This document shows, in pieces, positions 1 through 7,510 of a DNA stretch of 64,000 nt (its first letter is position 1; each line of letters opens with the position of its first letter). Position numbers and translations under genes: made by a program. The notes below the pieces were generated by a model, which was not told the DNA's origin, did not search any database, and saw nothing but the letters and a program-made list of their open reading frames with translations. The stretch is taken from positions 15,844 through 79,843 of the IMG/VR virus record IMGVR_UViG_3300008108_004834; one strand, written 5' to 3'. This stretch comes from a virus.

Positions 1-468
1 GCAAAGATAGACTATAGGAAACGCCAGCATATGTTTCAGGGTATTAGCAGTCTCTGGTTTGCTGGTAATAATGCGGATAATAGATTTGACCCCTCAAAAA
101 ATTATTTGGGAGAATGGGACAAAGAAACATTACATAGAGAGTTGACCGAATATGGAAATCTTGTTCTTTTAAGTGATGGTGAAGCACACCCATTGGTTTG
201 TATGGAAGCATTTTCTGCGGGATTGGGTGTGGTAATTAGTCAGTGGGCAGCAGCAAATCTTGATGCAAACAAGAATTTCATTACAGTTATACCAGAAAAT
301 AAAGTAATGGACGTAGATTTTGTTGAGGAATGCATTCAAAATAATAGAAAATATTCCGTTAACCATAGAGATGAAATATTAGACTATGCAAAACAATTTG
401 AATGGTGTAGAATGTTAGAAAATTATTACATCCCAAATATTCATAAAATTATCAATGGACAAAAATAA
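1..468 (+). CDS. Glycosyltransferase (GT-B/GT4-like), C-terminal part; 5' end lies outside the window
   Basis: Frame is open from base 1 (AKIDYRKRQHMFQ...). Contains the GT4 donor-binding motif 'LLSDGEAHPLVCMEAFSAG' and ends in 'AKQFEW'. Confidence 0.7.
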   Translation, partial: AKIDYRKRQHMFQGISSLWFAGNNADNRFDPSKNYLGEWDKETLHRELTEYGNLVLLSDGEAHPLVCMEAFSAGLGVVISQWAAANLDANKNFITVIPENKVMDVDFVEECIQNNRKYSVNHRDEILDYAKQFEWCRMLENYYIPNIHKIINGQK

Positions 469-1246
469 ATCAACATACAAACTTAAAAATTTTGGTCCAA
501 TATATTATCTGAATCTAGATGGGCAACCAGAAAGAAAGGAATATATGGAATCTCAGTTTAAATATTGGGAGATTGAAAATTATACTCGTATTTCTGCTTA
601 TGATGGCCGTGATGATGACTTGAGTGATATTATAAAGGGAAAGTATCCAGATATGATGAGTTCTGGAGAAATAGGATGCGTCACCTCACATTTAAGGGCA
701 ATTAATCATTGGTATGAAACCTCCGATAGTCCGTATGCAATCATAATGGAAGATGATTGTAATATTGATCTTGCTAGATATTGGAATTTTACCTGGCAAG
801 ATTTTATTGCACGGGCACCTTATGCTTGGGATGTAATTCAACTTGCAATTATTTGTACGGGAGATATTCACGTTCCAATTCATACTAGATTTGTAAATGA
901 TTTTTCAACTGCTTGTTATGTGATTACACGGCATCATGCAGAGAAGTTGATTAGAAATCATATTCGCGGAGATAAGTATAAGTTGGATAATGGAGTTAAA
1001 CCACGCCCAGTTGCTGATGATTTAATTTATAACTCAGGAGTGACGTATGCCACTCCATTATTGCTTTATAAGATGGAATTGGGATCTTCTATTCACCCTG
1101 AGCACATTGATATTTTCCATAAGAATAGTCACGATGCATTGCTCAATTTCTGGTCTCAGAGAGGAGCAGAGTTGACAATTGAGCAGATTACAAACTATGA
1201 TCCTTATCTGGGTAGGATATCCGAACCAACTACCCAACAGACTTGA
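455..1246 (+). CDS. Glycosyltransferase family 25
   Basis: GT25 motifs: YYLNLDGQPER, GEIGCVTSH, IMEDD, STACYVIT, PVADD. Confidence 0.85.
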   Translation: MDKNKSTYKLKNFGPIYYLNLDGQPERKEYMESQFKYWEIENYTRISAYDGRDDDLSDIIKGKYPDMMSSGEIGCVTSHLRAINHWYETSDSPYAIIMEDDCNIDLARYWNFTWQDFIARAPYAWDVIQLAIICTGDIHVPIHTRFVNDFSTACYVITRHHAEKLIRNHIRGDKYKLDNGVKPRPVADDLIYNSGVTYATPLLLYKMELGSSIHPEHIDIFHKNSHDALLNFWSQRGAELTIEQITNYDPYLGRISEPTTQQT

Positions 1247-1276
1247 CAGAAATCAAGTAATCAACTATACTAAATA
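1243..1276 (+). promoter_or_regulatory. Sigma70-type promoter overlapping a T4-like late promoter
   Basis: TTGACA(1243)-17 nt-TATACT(1266), followed by CTAAATA at 1270-1276. Confidence 0.75.
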
Positions 1277-1338
1277 AGTTCTTGAAGTCCTGTAGGATTT
1301 CTTAACAATTGTCGTTTAGATCTAAAACAAACAAAACT

Positions 1339-2220
1339 ATGATGATTCGTTCTTTTATTGCTGCCTCCGCAGTTGTTGCTACTATTGCTGCTCCTGCTAT
1401 GGCACAAGTTACCAGTGTTTCACAACTGCGTGATGTTCAACCTACTGAGTGGTCTTATCAGGCTATCTCTAATCTAGTTTCACGCTATGGTTGTGTTGCT
1501 GGTTATCCTGATGGCACATTCCGTTCTGGTCAACATGCTACCCGTGCCGAACTTGCTGCCCTGACCAATGCTTGCCTTGATAGCATTACTCAATTCTACA
1601 CTGAGGCAGATGCTCGCACCGCTGCTGCCCTTCGTGCAGAATTCTCCCGTGAGATTGCTGCTACTAATACTCGCGTAAGTGCTCTTGAACTTGCTGCTGC
1701 TCAGAAAGCACAAGGCGTTGGTAACTATCTGGGTGCTGGTGTTCTCCTAAATCAGCAAGGTGTTGAGGGTAATGGTTATGATGCTGAGCGTACCGTTGCT
1801 GGTGGTACTGTACAAGGTCGTTATGCTGTAAAGACTTTCAGCAATCAGAACGCTGTTTCACTTCGTCCTTATATCAACGCTGTTGGTACTCCTGCTGGTG
1901 AAATCGGTGCTGGTGGTGGTGCTCTGCTTTCTTACGATTGGAGTATTGCCCGTGCTGCTTCTGGCGTAAGCAAGGCAAACCTCTACACTGGTGTTGGTTA
2001 TCAGATTCCTTTCGTAAACAACACTGATGCTAACTTCCAATCCGCTGTGGGTGATCGTGGTCAAGTTGTATTCGCACTTGGCGTTGAAGGTCGTCTGACC
2101 AACTCTCTGGTTGGTTTTGCTGATCTGAAGTTCCCTACCACTAATGCTGCTAACAGTTATGGTGCTACTGACGGAACCTATTCCCCAGTGCTCACCACTG
2201 GTCTTGGTTTTAAGTTCTGA
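1339..2220 (+). CDS. SLH-domain outer-membrane protein (short relative of cyanobacterial Som/iron-uptake porins)
   Basis: Signal peptide ending AMA-Q. SLH motif 'DVQPTEWSYQAISNLVSRYGCVAGYPDGTF...TRAELAA', then coiled coil, amphipathic beta-strands and C-terminal Phe (GLGFKF). ATG 1339 preferred over TTG 1309. Confidence 0.8.
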   Translation: MMIRSFIAASAVVATIAAPAMAQVTSVSQLRDVQPTEWSYQAISNLVSRYGCVAGYPDGTFRSGQHATRAELAALTNACLDSITQFYTEADARTAAALRAEFSREIAATNTRVSALELAAAQKAQGVGNYLGAGVLLNQQGVEGNGYDAERTVAGGTVQGRYAVKTFSNQNAVSLRPYINAVGTPAGEIGAGGGALLSYDWSIARAASGVSKANLYTGVGYQIPFVNNTDANFQSAVGDRGQVVFALGVEGRLTNSLVGFADLKFPTTNAANSYGATDGTYSPVLTTGLGFKF

Positions 2221-2243
2221 TAAATCACTCCTAAGTTGAGTGG

Positions 2244-2270
2244 AAGCACCCCTTTCTGGGGTGCTTTTTT
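2244..2270 (+). terminator. Rho-independent terminator
   Basis: AAGCACCCC-TTTCT-GGGGTGCTT followed by a T-run. Confidence 0.85.
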
Positions 2271-2296
2271 ATAAATTTATCTTGCAATAGTCTAAA

Positions 2297-2572
2297 ATGA
2301 AACCCAAAATTGAAATTAGAGACCATAGAGGCCCAATCACAGATGACCCTCTTTTAGAAAAACTTATTCCTTGTCATCGTTGCGAAACAGTTGACAATCC
2401 TATTATTAAACCAAGATATAGGATTTCTAATAGAATGAAAAAGGATGATAATGGAAGATATCAACCGCACGATTATGTTCTTCAGCATATGTGCTCTGAC
2501 GCAAAATCAACATCAATTGATGAGTTTACTCGCGAAGAACTAGTGAATAAATGGAATAATCTTAATGTGTGA
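2297..2572 (+). CDS. Hypothetical Zn-ribbon protein, Lar (restriction alleviation)-like pattern
   Basis: LIPCHRC...HMC...TREELVNKWN resembles the Lar pattern LxPCxxC...C...ExAxxxWN. Confidence 0.4.
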   Translation: MKPKIEIRDHRGPITDDPLLEKLIPCHRCETVDNPIIKPRYRISNRMKKDDNGRYQPHDYVLQHMCSDAKSTSIDEFTREELVNKWNNLNV

Positions 2573-2597
2573 TAATCTTAAAAACAACAAAAAATTT

Positions 2598-3563
2598 ATG
2601 AAACTCAAAAACTTTATTGCTATCGGTCTGCTTGCTGCTCCTACTGCTGCACTTGCAGGCACTACCTTGAATGGCGCTGGTGCTACCTTTCCAGCACCTC
2701 TGTATCAGCGATGGTTCCAAGACTATGCTGCCACATCTGGTAATCGCGTGAATTATCAGTCTGTTGGTTCTGGTGCTGGTGTTCGCCAATTCATTGCGGG
2801 CACAGTTGACTTCGCAGCAAGTGATGAACCAATCAAGGCATCCGAAGCATCCAAAGTAAAACGTGGTGTTGTTCAGTTCCCTGCTGTGGGTGGAACAATT
2901 GCGATTGCTTATAACAAACCTGGATGTTCTCTCAAACTCACTCAGAAGCAAACTGTGGATATTTTCCAAGGTGAGATTAAAGACTGGAAGCAACTTCCTA
3001 ATTGTGGTAATGGCCCTATTCGCGTCGTACACCGTTCTGATGGTTCTGGTACTACCTTTGCCTTTACTAACTCTCTGAATGCCTTTGATTCCTCTTGGAA
3101 GCAGGTTGCGAAGGCAATTAATTGGCCCGTTGGTGTTGGTGCCAAAGGTAATGAAGGTGTTGCTGGAAATATTCGCAATACTCCCGGTTCTATTGGTTAT
3201 GTGAACACTGGATTTGTAAAGGCAAACAAACTCCAGGCTGCTGCTATTCAAAACAAGGCAGGAAAGTTTGTTCTTCCTTCTGCTAAGTCAGGTGCTTCTG
3301 CTCTGAATAGTATTGCTCTTGATTCAAATCTTGCTGGAGAAAATCCCAATCCTTCTGGTGCTGGTTCTTATCCAATTTCTACTTTGACTTGGATTCTTGC
3401 ATATAAGAATGGTAATGGCGCCAAAACTAACCAACTTCAAAGTGCCTTTAACTATGTTCTAAGTGGAAAGGCACAAATGATTGCTGATGATCTTGGATAT
3501 GTTCCTCTTTCTGGAAGCATCCTCAACAAATCCCGAATTGCCGTAAAACGGGTTGGTCAGTAA
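2598..3563 (+). CDS. pstS: Phosphate ABC transporter substrate-binding protein
   Basis: GAGATFPAPLY, YQSVGSGAG, DFAASD, HRSDGSGTT, GAKGNEGV, YPI motifs; signal peptide. Confidence 0.97.
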   Translation: MKLKNFIAIGLLAAPTAALAGTTLNGAGATFPAPLYQRWFQDYAATSGNRVNYQSVGSGAGVRQFIAGTVDFAASDEPIKASEASKVKRGVVQFPAVGGTIAIAYNKPGCSLKLTQKQTVDIFQGEIKDWKQLPNCGNGPIRVVHRSDGSGTTFAFTNSLNAFDSSWKQVAKAINWPVGVGAKGNEGVAGNIRNTPGSIGYVNTGFVKANKLQAAAIQNKAGKFVLPSAKSGASALNSIALDSNLAGENPNPSGAGSYPISTLTWILAYKNGNGAKTNQLQSAFNYVLSGKAQMIADDLGYVPLSGSILNKSRIAVKRVGQ

Positions 3564-3572
3564 ATCATAACA

Positions 3573-3611
3573 GGGAGGGGGCTTGACACCCCCTTCTTTT
3601 TCCTATATACT
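3573..3611 (+). promoter_or_regulatory. Terminator hairpin whose loop carries the -35 box of the downstream promoter
   Basis: GGGAGGGGG-CTTGACA-CCCCCTTCTTTTT. TTGACA(3583)-17 nt-TATACT(3606). Confidence 0.75.
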
Positions 3612-3638
3612 GTTGTAACACTTCTTAATAAAACTAAA

Positions 3639-3833
3639 ATGACTGTAACAACGAATGATCGTGGGCAACAAAATATGTTTGCTAAAGAACCCGTGATGTA
3701 CTACGAAAACTATGGTATGCTTACCCCTAATCAAATTAGGGAGCGTACTAATGGTCGTTGGGCAATGATGGGTTTTGTTGCTGGCATCATTTCTTATGCT
3801 ATTACTGGCAATTTCTTCTTTGGCGTATTTTGA
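3639..3833 (+). CDS. hli: High-light inducible protein
   Basis: Chlorophyll-binding motif ERTNGRWAMMGF; N-terminal 'GQQNMFAKEP' typical of long HLIPs. Confidence 0.95.
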   Translation: MTVTTNDRGQQNMFAKEPVMYYENYGMLTPNQIRERTNGRWAMMGFVAGIISYAITGNFFFGVF

Positions 3834-3919
3834 TGACTGAAGTAATTTTCACCATTACCTCAATTGCATTTTTTGTACTTCTGGGGTATTCTGTAGAACA
3901 ACTTTCCGAAACTTATTAA
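3833..3919 (+). CDS. 28-aa single-TM hypothetical protein (MTEVIFTITSIAFFVLLGYSVEQLSETY); not in ORF track
   Basis: TGATG coupling to the hli stop; fills the gap to petF. Confidence 0.65.
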   Translation: MTEVIFTITSIAFFVLLGYSVEQLSETY

Positions 3920-3922
3920 AAA

Positions 3923-4213
3923 ATGACTTTTAACGTTACACTTCAAACTCCTGACGGCACCGAAACCACTATTCAGTGTGCCGATGACCAATATATTCTT
4001 GAGGCAGCAGAAGAAGCAGGTATTGATCTTCCTTATTCATGTAAGGCAGGCGCTTGTTCTTCCTGTGCTGGTAAGGTGATTTCCGGCGAAATTGACAATG
4101 AGGAACAATCATTCCTTGATGATGATCAAATGGCAGAAGGTTGGGCACTTCTTTGTGTTGCCTATCCTAAGTCCGATTGTGTAATTCTCACTGAGCAGGA
4201 GGAGAATCTATGA
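3923..4213 (+). CDS. petF: Plant-type [2Fe-2S] ferredoxin
   Basis: [15 protein letters not shown]...LLCVAYP. Confidence 0.97.
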   Translation: MTFNVTLQTPDGTETTIQCADDQYILEAAEEAGIDLPYSCKAGACSSCAGKVISGEIDNEEQSFLDDDQMAEGWALLCVAYPKSDCVILTEQEENL

Positions 4214-4533
4214 AAGCACTTCTAGCATTTCTTGCTGTATTCTTTCTTGCTCTTCCAGCATGGGCAGTAGATGTTACAATGGGATCCAATGGCAATCTTG
4301 TCTTTGAACCCGCCGAAATCTCAATCTCTGCTGGTGATACTGTTCATTTTGTGAATGGTATGCTTCCTCCTCATAATGTAATTGTTGAGGATCATCCAGA
4401 ACTTTCTCACGATGCACTTCTTTTTATGCCCGGTGAGAGTTTTGATGTCACTTTTACCGAAGCAGGAGATTATACTTATTGGTGTGCTCCCCATAAAAGT
4501 GCTGGTATGATTGGACATGCTCATGTGGAGTGA
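4210..4533 (+). CDS. petE: Plastocyanin
   Basis: Signal peptide; type-1 Cu ligands in PHNV and [11 protein letters not shown]. Confidence 0.95.
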   Translation: MKALLAFLAVFFLALPAWAVDVTMGSNGNLVFEPAEISISAGDTVHFVNGMLPPHNVIVEDHPELSHDALLFMPGESFDVTFTEAGDYTYWCAPHKSAGMIGHAHVE

Positions 4534-4534
4534 T

Positions 4535-4690
4535 ATGATCTTTCTTTGTGCTGCTCATCATCAACCACAAACCGTCATCAATCACGATATTATTCATATG
4601 TTTGTATGTTGTCTTGCTATCGCTGGAGGAGTTGCGGCAATCGTATATGCCGTAAATCAATCTAGAAAAAATAAGGATCACAATTCATGA
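4535..4690 (+). CDS. 51-aa hypothetical membrane protein; not in ORF track
   Basis: MIFLCAAHHQ...MFVCCLAIAGGVAAIVYAV...; ATGA overlap with the next gene. Confidence 0.55.
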   Translation: MIFLCAAHHQPQTVINHDIIHMFVCCLAIAGGVAAIVYAVNQSRKNKDHNS

Positions 4691-4962
4691 GTGCTGATAT
4701 GTTAGGGCAATTTGCAATTGCTCTTGAAAAACTTGGATGGGATGCCAATGATGAACTAGAAGTAAACATTGGTGGAGTGGCAGTCACAGGAACTGCTACT
4801 AATCCCGACGCTAATCCAAAATGGGCAAAACCATTTGGAACTGTGACTTATCAAAATGATGCGTTTATCGTCATCAAAAATAAAAACAGAAATCCAGTAG
4901 TTTCGTCTAACCCAAATCCTGATCTTAAACAACAACACCCCTATCAAGGAGAAAACAAATGA
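4687..4962 (+). CDS. Hypothetical protein
   Basis: 91-aa ORF coupled to both neighbours. Confidence 0.7.
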   Translation: MSADMLGQFAIALEKLGWDANDELEVNIGGVAVTGTATNPDANPKWAKPFGTVTYQNDAFIVIKNKNRNPVVSSNPNPDLKQQHPYQGENK

Positions 4963-5078
4963 ACAAAATTTTTACTGAAAATGCTGAACTCTGGAACGGT
5001 CGCTTTGCAATGATTGGATTCATTGCTGCTGCTGGTTCCTATCTGATTACTGGTCAAGTAATTCCTGGCGTATTTTGA
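4959..5078 (+). CDS. hli: High-light inducible protein (39 aa); not in ORF track
   Basis: MNKIFTENAELWNGRFAMIGFIAAAGSYLITGQVIPGVF; AGGAG RBS upstream. Confidence 0.95.
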   Translation: MNKIFTENAELWNGRFAMIGFIAAAGSYLITGQVIPGVF

Positions 5079-5089
5079 TGGAGGTTACT

Positions 5090-5617
5090 ATGCGTAAAGA
5101 GGGATACGAAGTTCCACAGGTAGAATTTATTTTTCGTGAGTCTGGTGAGTTTGTAACTCGCAAATCTTCAGAACTATTTGATAACAAACGTGTAGTGATT
5201 TTCTCACTTCCTGGTGCATTCACTCCTACTTGTAGTGCTTATCAACTACCCGGATTTGAGGAAAACTATGGAGCATTTAGGGACTTGGGCATTGATGCTA
5301 TTTACTGCATTTCTGTTAATGACGCTTTTACGATGAATGCTTGGTCACAAGATCAGGACATTCGAAATGTAAAACTGATTCCTGATGGCAACGCTTACTT
5401 CACTCGCTCTATGGGTCAACTCGTTGCCAAGACCAATCTTGGTTTTGGTCAGCGTTCTTGGCGATATGCTGCTGTGGTAACTGATGGAATTATTGAAAGA
5501 CTTTTTGAGGAACCAGGAAAATGCGATAATGCAGATTCTGATCCTTATGAAGTTACAACTCCAGAAAATGTCTTGAATTATATTCGGACTTCTGTGTTAG
5601 AACTAGAAATTGTTTGA
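5090..5617 (+). CDS. Peroxiredoxin (Prx5/type II)
   Basis: LPGAFTPTCS, SVNDAF, PDGN, RSWRYA motifs; GGAGG RBS before ATG 5090. Confidence 0.93.
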   Translation: MRKEGYEVPQVEFIFRESGEFVTRKSSELFDNKRVVIFSLPGAFTPTCSAYQLPGFEENYGAFRDLGIDAIYCISVNDAFTMNAWSQDQDIRNVKLIPDGNAYFTRSMGQLVAKTNLGFGQRSWRYAAVVTDGIIERLFEEPGKCDNADSDPYEVTTPENVLNYIRTSVLELEIV

Positions 5618-5622
5618 ATGTG

Positions 5623-5647
5623 AGGAGGGTTAATACCCTCCTTTTTT
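5623..5647 (+). terminator. Rho-independent terminator, followed by late promoter AATAAATA
   Basis: AGGAGGG-TTAATA-CCCTCCT plus T-run. Confidence 0.8.
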
Positions 5648-5678
5648 AATAAATAGATTTACTGAATGAATAGGGACA

Positions 5679-6374
5679 ATGAAAGTAGATCTGCATAATT
5701 TCTTTAAGCATTATGATGAAAACAACCCAAATCATATTGCTTCAGTAGAAAAACTGGAAGAAGCACTTGCAAATAAGCAACCTGAATTACTTGAAGACAT
5801 TGCAGACTGGGTTATCACCTATAGAAAGAAACCTTCTGTTCCTGGAATTCTAAACGTTCCTTTCTACCCACAAACAGATAATTATAGGGATGCTCAACGA
5901 ACCTGTAATTCATCTGCTTGTGCTATGTGTCTAGAGTATTTTAAACCAGGCACTTTAAAAGGGGTAAAAGGAGATGATACCTACATTCAAAAGGTATTCT
6001 CAGTTGGTGATACAACAGATCATTCGGTTCAAACCAGTGTTCTCAATTCTTATGGGATTAAGTCTGGGTTTAAGTATAATCTTGGGTTTTCTGATCTTGA
6101 TCGTGAGCTTGCTGCTGGGAGACCCGTTGTTATCGGTATCTTGCATCGCGGTACTTTATCTGCTCCTACTGGTGGTCATATGCTCGTAGTGATTGGAAAG
6201 AAAGGTGATGATTATGTTGTTAATGACCCTTATGGATCTTTGAATGATGATTACACTGGCCCAGTGACAAATGGCAAAGGTGCTGTGTATAAGAGATCTG
6301 ATCTTGAGTATCGTTGGTTGGAACGCGCAAAAGATAAGACCGGTTGGGGCAGAATCTTTGATGCAAAAAAGTAG
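5679..6374 (+). CDS. Endolysin part 1: N-terminal helical domain plus C39-like cysteine peptidase
   Basis: Triad-like motifs 'YPQTD...TCNSSACAM', 'GGHMLVVIG', 'VNDPYG'. Ends GCA AAA AAG TAG. Confidence 0.8.
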   Translation: MKVDLHNFFKHYDENNPNHIASVEKLEEALANKQPELLEDIADWVITYRKKPSVPGILNVPFYPQTDNYRDAQRTCNSSACAMCLEYFKPGTLKGVKGDDTYIQKVFSVGDTTDHSVQTSVLNSYGIKSGFKYNLGFSDLDRELAAGRPVVIGILHRGTLSAPTGGHMLVVIGKKGDDYVVNDPYGSLNDDYTGPVTNGKGAVYKRSDLEYRWLERAKDKTGWGRIFDAKK

Positions 6375-6405
6375 AAAGTTCTATTCCGCAAGTAGGAATA
6401 GAACT
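6365..6405 (+). promoter_or_regulatory. Putative -1 programmed ribosomal frameshift signal
   Basis: In-frame heptamer A_AAA_AAG (6365-6371), 5-nt spacer, perfect 11-bp stem AGTTCTATTCC(6377-6387)/GGAATAGAACT(6395-6405) with a 7-nt loop. Confidence 0.8.
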
Positions 6406-6844
6406 CATCAAAAAATATGAACAATGTAAACTTGCAGTATATCCAGATCCCAAAACTAAGGGAAAACCATACACTGTTGGTTGGGGAAGTACTCGTAAGA
6501 AAGATGGAAGTCCCTTTAAATTGGGAGAAAGGATTACACGACAAGAAGCAGATGAGTTATTTGATTGGCAGATTCAAAATGAATTCCTTCCGTCACTTTC
6601 AAAAATTCCATATTGGGAGGAAATGAATGACAATCAAAGAGGGGCTTTACTTTGCTTTGCTTACAATCTTGGTGCAGATTTCTATGGTAGTCCTTACTTT
6701 ACGACACTTACAAGGGTCTTGAAAAATAAAGAGTGGAATAAGGTTCCTGATACACTTTGTCTTTATAGAGATCCCGGAACAGATGTAGAAGAGGGATTGC
6801 TAAGAAGAAGAAAGGAAGAAGGTGCTTTATGGGCCAAAAAATAA
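6371..6844 (+). CDS. Endolysin part 2: GH24 lysozyme domain in the -1 frame
   Basis: -1 frame reads VESSIPQVGIELIKKYEQCKLAVYPDPKTKGKPYTVGWGST...ALLCFAYNLG...GLLRRRKEE. The catalytic E/D/T lie upstream of the first possible start (TTG 6521). Confidence 0.85.
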   Translation, partial: VESSIPQVGIELIKKYEQCKLAVYPDPKTKGKPYTVGWGSTRKKDGSPFKLGERITRQEADELFDWQIQNEFLPSLSKIPYWEEMNDNQRGALLCFAYNLGADFYGSPYFTTLTRVLKNKEWNKVPDTLCLYRDPGTDVEEGLLRRRKEEGALWAKK

Positions 6845-6991
6845 CTTTCTTCCCTTTTTGCAGGGTCTTCTAATAAAACGAATAACCTCTGGTGGTTGCC
6901 TTTTTGGTTGAGGTCTTCTTTTGTCTAGCATAAGACCATCATTCGTCGTCAGTCTTAGTGTGATTATGATTAGAAGAATTACTTTCTTCAT
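6827..6991 (-). CDS. 54-aa basic hypothetical protein (MKKVILLIIITLRL...); not in ORF track
   Basis: Hand translation; hydrophobic N-terminus, basic Pro-rich tail. Confidence 0.45.
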   Translation of the reverse strand: MKKVILLIIITLRLTTNDGLMLDKRRPQPKRQPPEVIRFIRRPCKKGRKLFFGP

Positions 6992-7082
6992 TTGCTAGGA
7001 TTATGATTTTGTATAGAACAATTGCTACTCCTATGAGTCCAATTCCTAAAAGTATATTTACTGACCAAACTACTTCATTCAT
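6939..7082 (-). CDS. 47-aa single-TM hypothetical protein (MNEVVWSVNILLGIGLIGVAIVLYKIIILA...); not in ORF track
   Basis: Hand translation; overlaps the stop of 7075..7269. Confidence 0.55.
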   Translation of the reverse strand: MNEVVWSVNILLGIGLIGVAIVLYKIIILANEESNSSNHNHTKTDDE

Positions 7083-7269
7083 TATTTTCTTTCCTATGAA
7101 TCCATTCTTTTAGTTCTTTTACATAGTTTCTTAGATATTGTGCTTTTTCTAAGTGCCAACTATTTTTGGTTTTGAAATATTCTTGATTGTGATTATCAAT
7201 TGCCTTCAGTATTCTATGTATTATAGAATTCCAATTTTCCCTTTGCGGAGTGTTAAATTCTCTTGGCAT
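7075..7269 (-). CDS. Hypothetical protein
   Basis: 64-aa ORF heading a small minus-strand operon. Confidence 0.7.
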   Translation of the reverse strand: MPREFNTPQRENWNSIIHRILKAIDNHNQEYFKTKNSWHLEKAQYLRNYVKELKEWIHRKENNE

Positions 7270-7323
7270 TTTGTTAGTTATTTTCTAAATACTTATAGTC
7301 CGATGCTTTATATATTAAGAAAA

Positions 7324-7503
7324 ATGGAGAAACGGAAGGATCATGATAGGAGACAATGCGAAAGAAGAACATATGATAGAAGATGTGAACATAAAACTCC
7401 AGAATATAGAGAATTGGAATATGAACTACGATGCAAAAATGAAGAAATTCAGAAACTTAAAGATGAAATTCACAGTATGAATGATGATCTTTTTGGGCAG
7501 TAA
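7324..7503 (+). CDS. 59-aa Arg-rich (DRR/ERR repeat) coiled-coil protein
   Basis: MEKRKDHDRRQCERRTYDRRCEH...; late promoter CTAAATA at 7285-7291. The ORF-track start at 7153 overlaps the opposite-strand gene. Confidence 0.6.
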   Translation: MEKRKDHDRRQCERRTYDRRCEHKTPEYRELEYELRCKNEEIQKLKDEIHSMNDDLFGQ

Positions 7504-7510
7504 TTTCCAA

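Noticed and set aside
2550-2597. Pho box upstream of pstS
   Set aside because: Two ATAATCTTAA copies are present but spaced 16 nt apart, not the 11-nt period of cyanobacterial pho boxes; not supportable.
2562-3251. 229-aa minus-strand ORF
   Set aside because: Antisense shadow of pstS caused by its codon bias; no motifs. The same applies to the many short antisense ORFs over psbA, psbD, gnd, thyX, gp32 and the structural genes.
6417-6626. 69-aa ORF after the peptidase stop (possible TAG readthrough product)
   Set aside because: Same frame as the peptidase but separated by two TAG stops, and it has no recognisable content. The lysozyme is in the -1 frame.
6521-6844. Stand-alone 107-aa lysozyme starting at TTG
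   Set aside because: It lacks the catalytic N-terminal region, which is encoded in the same frame upstream; better explained by the -1 frameshift.
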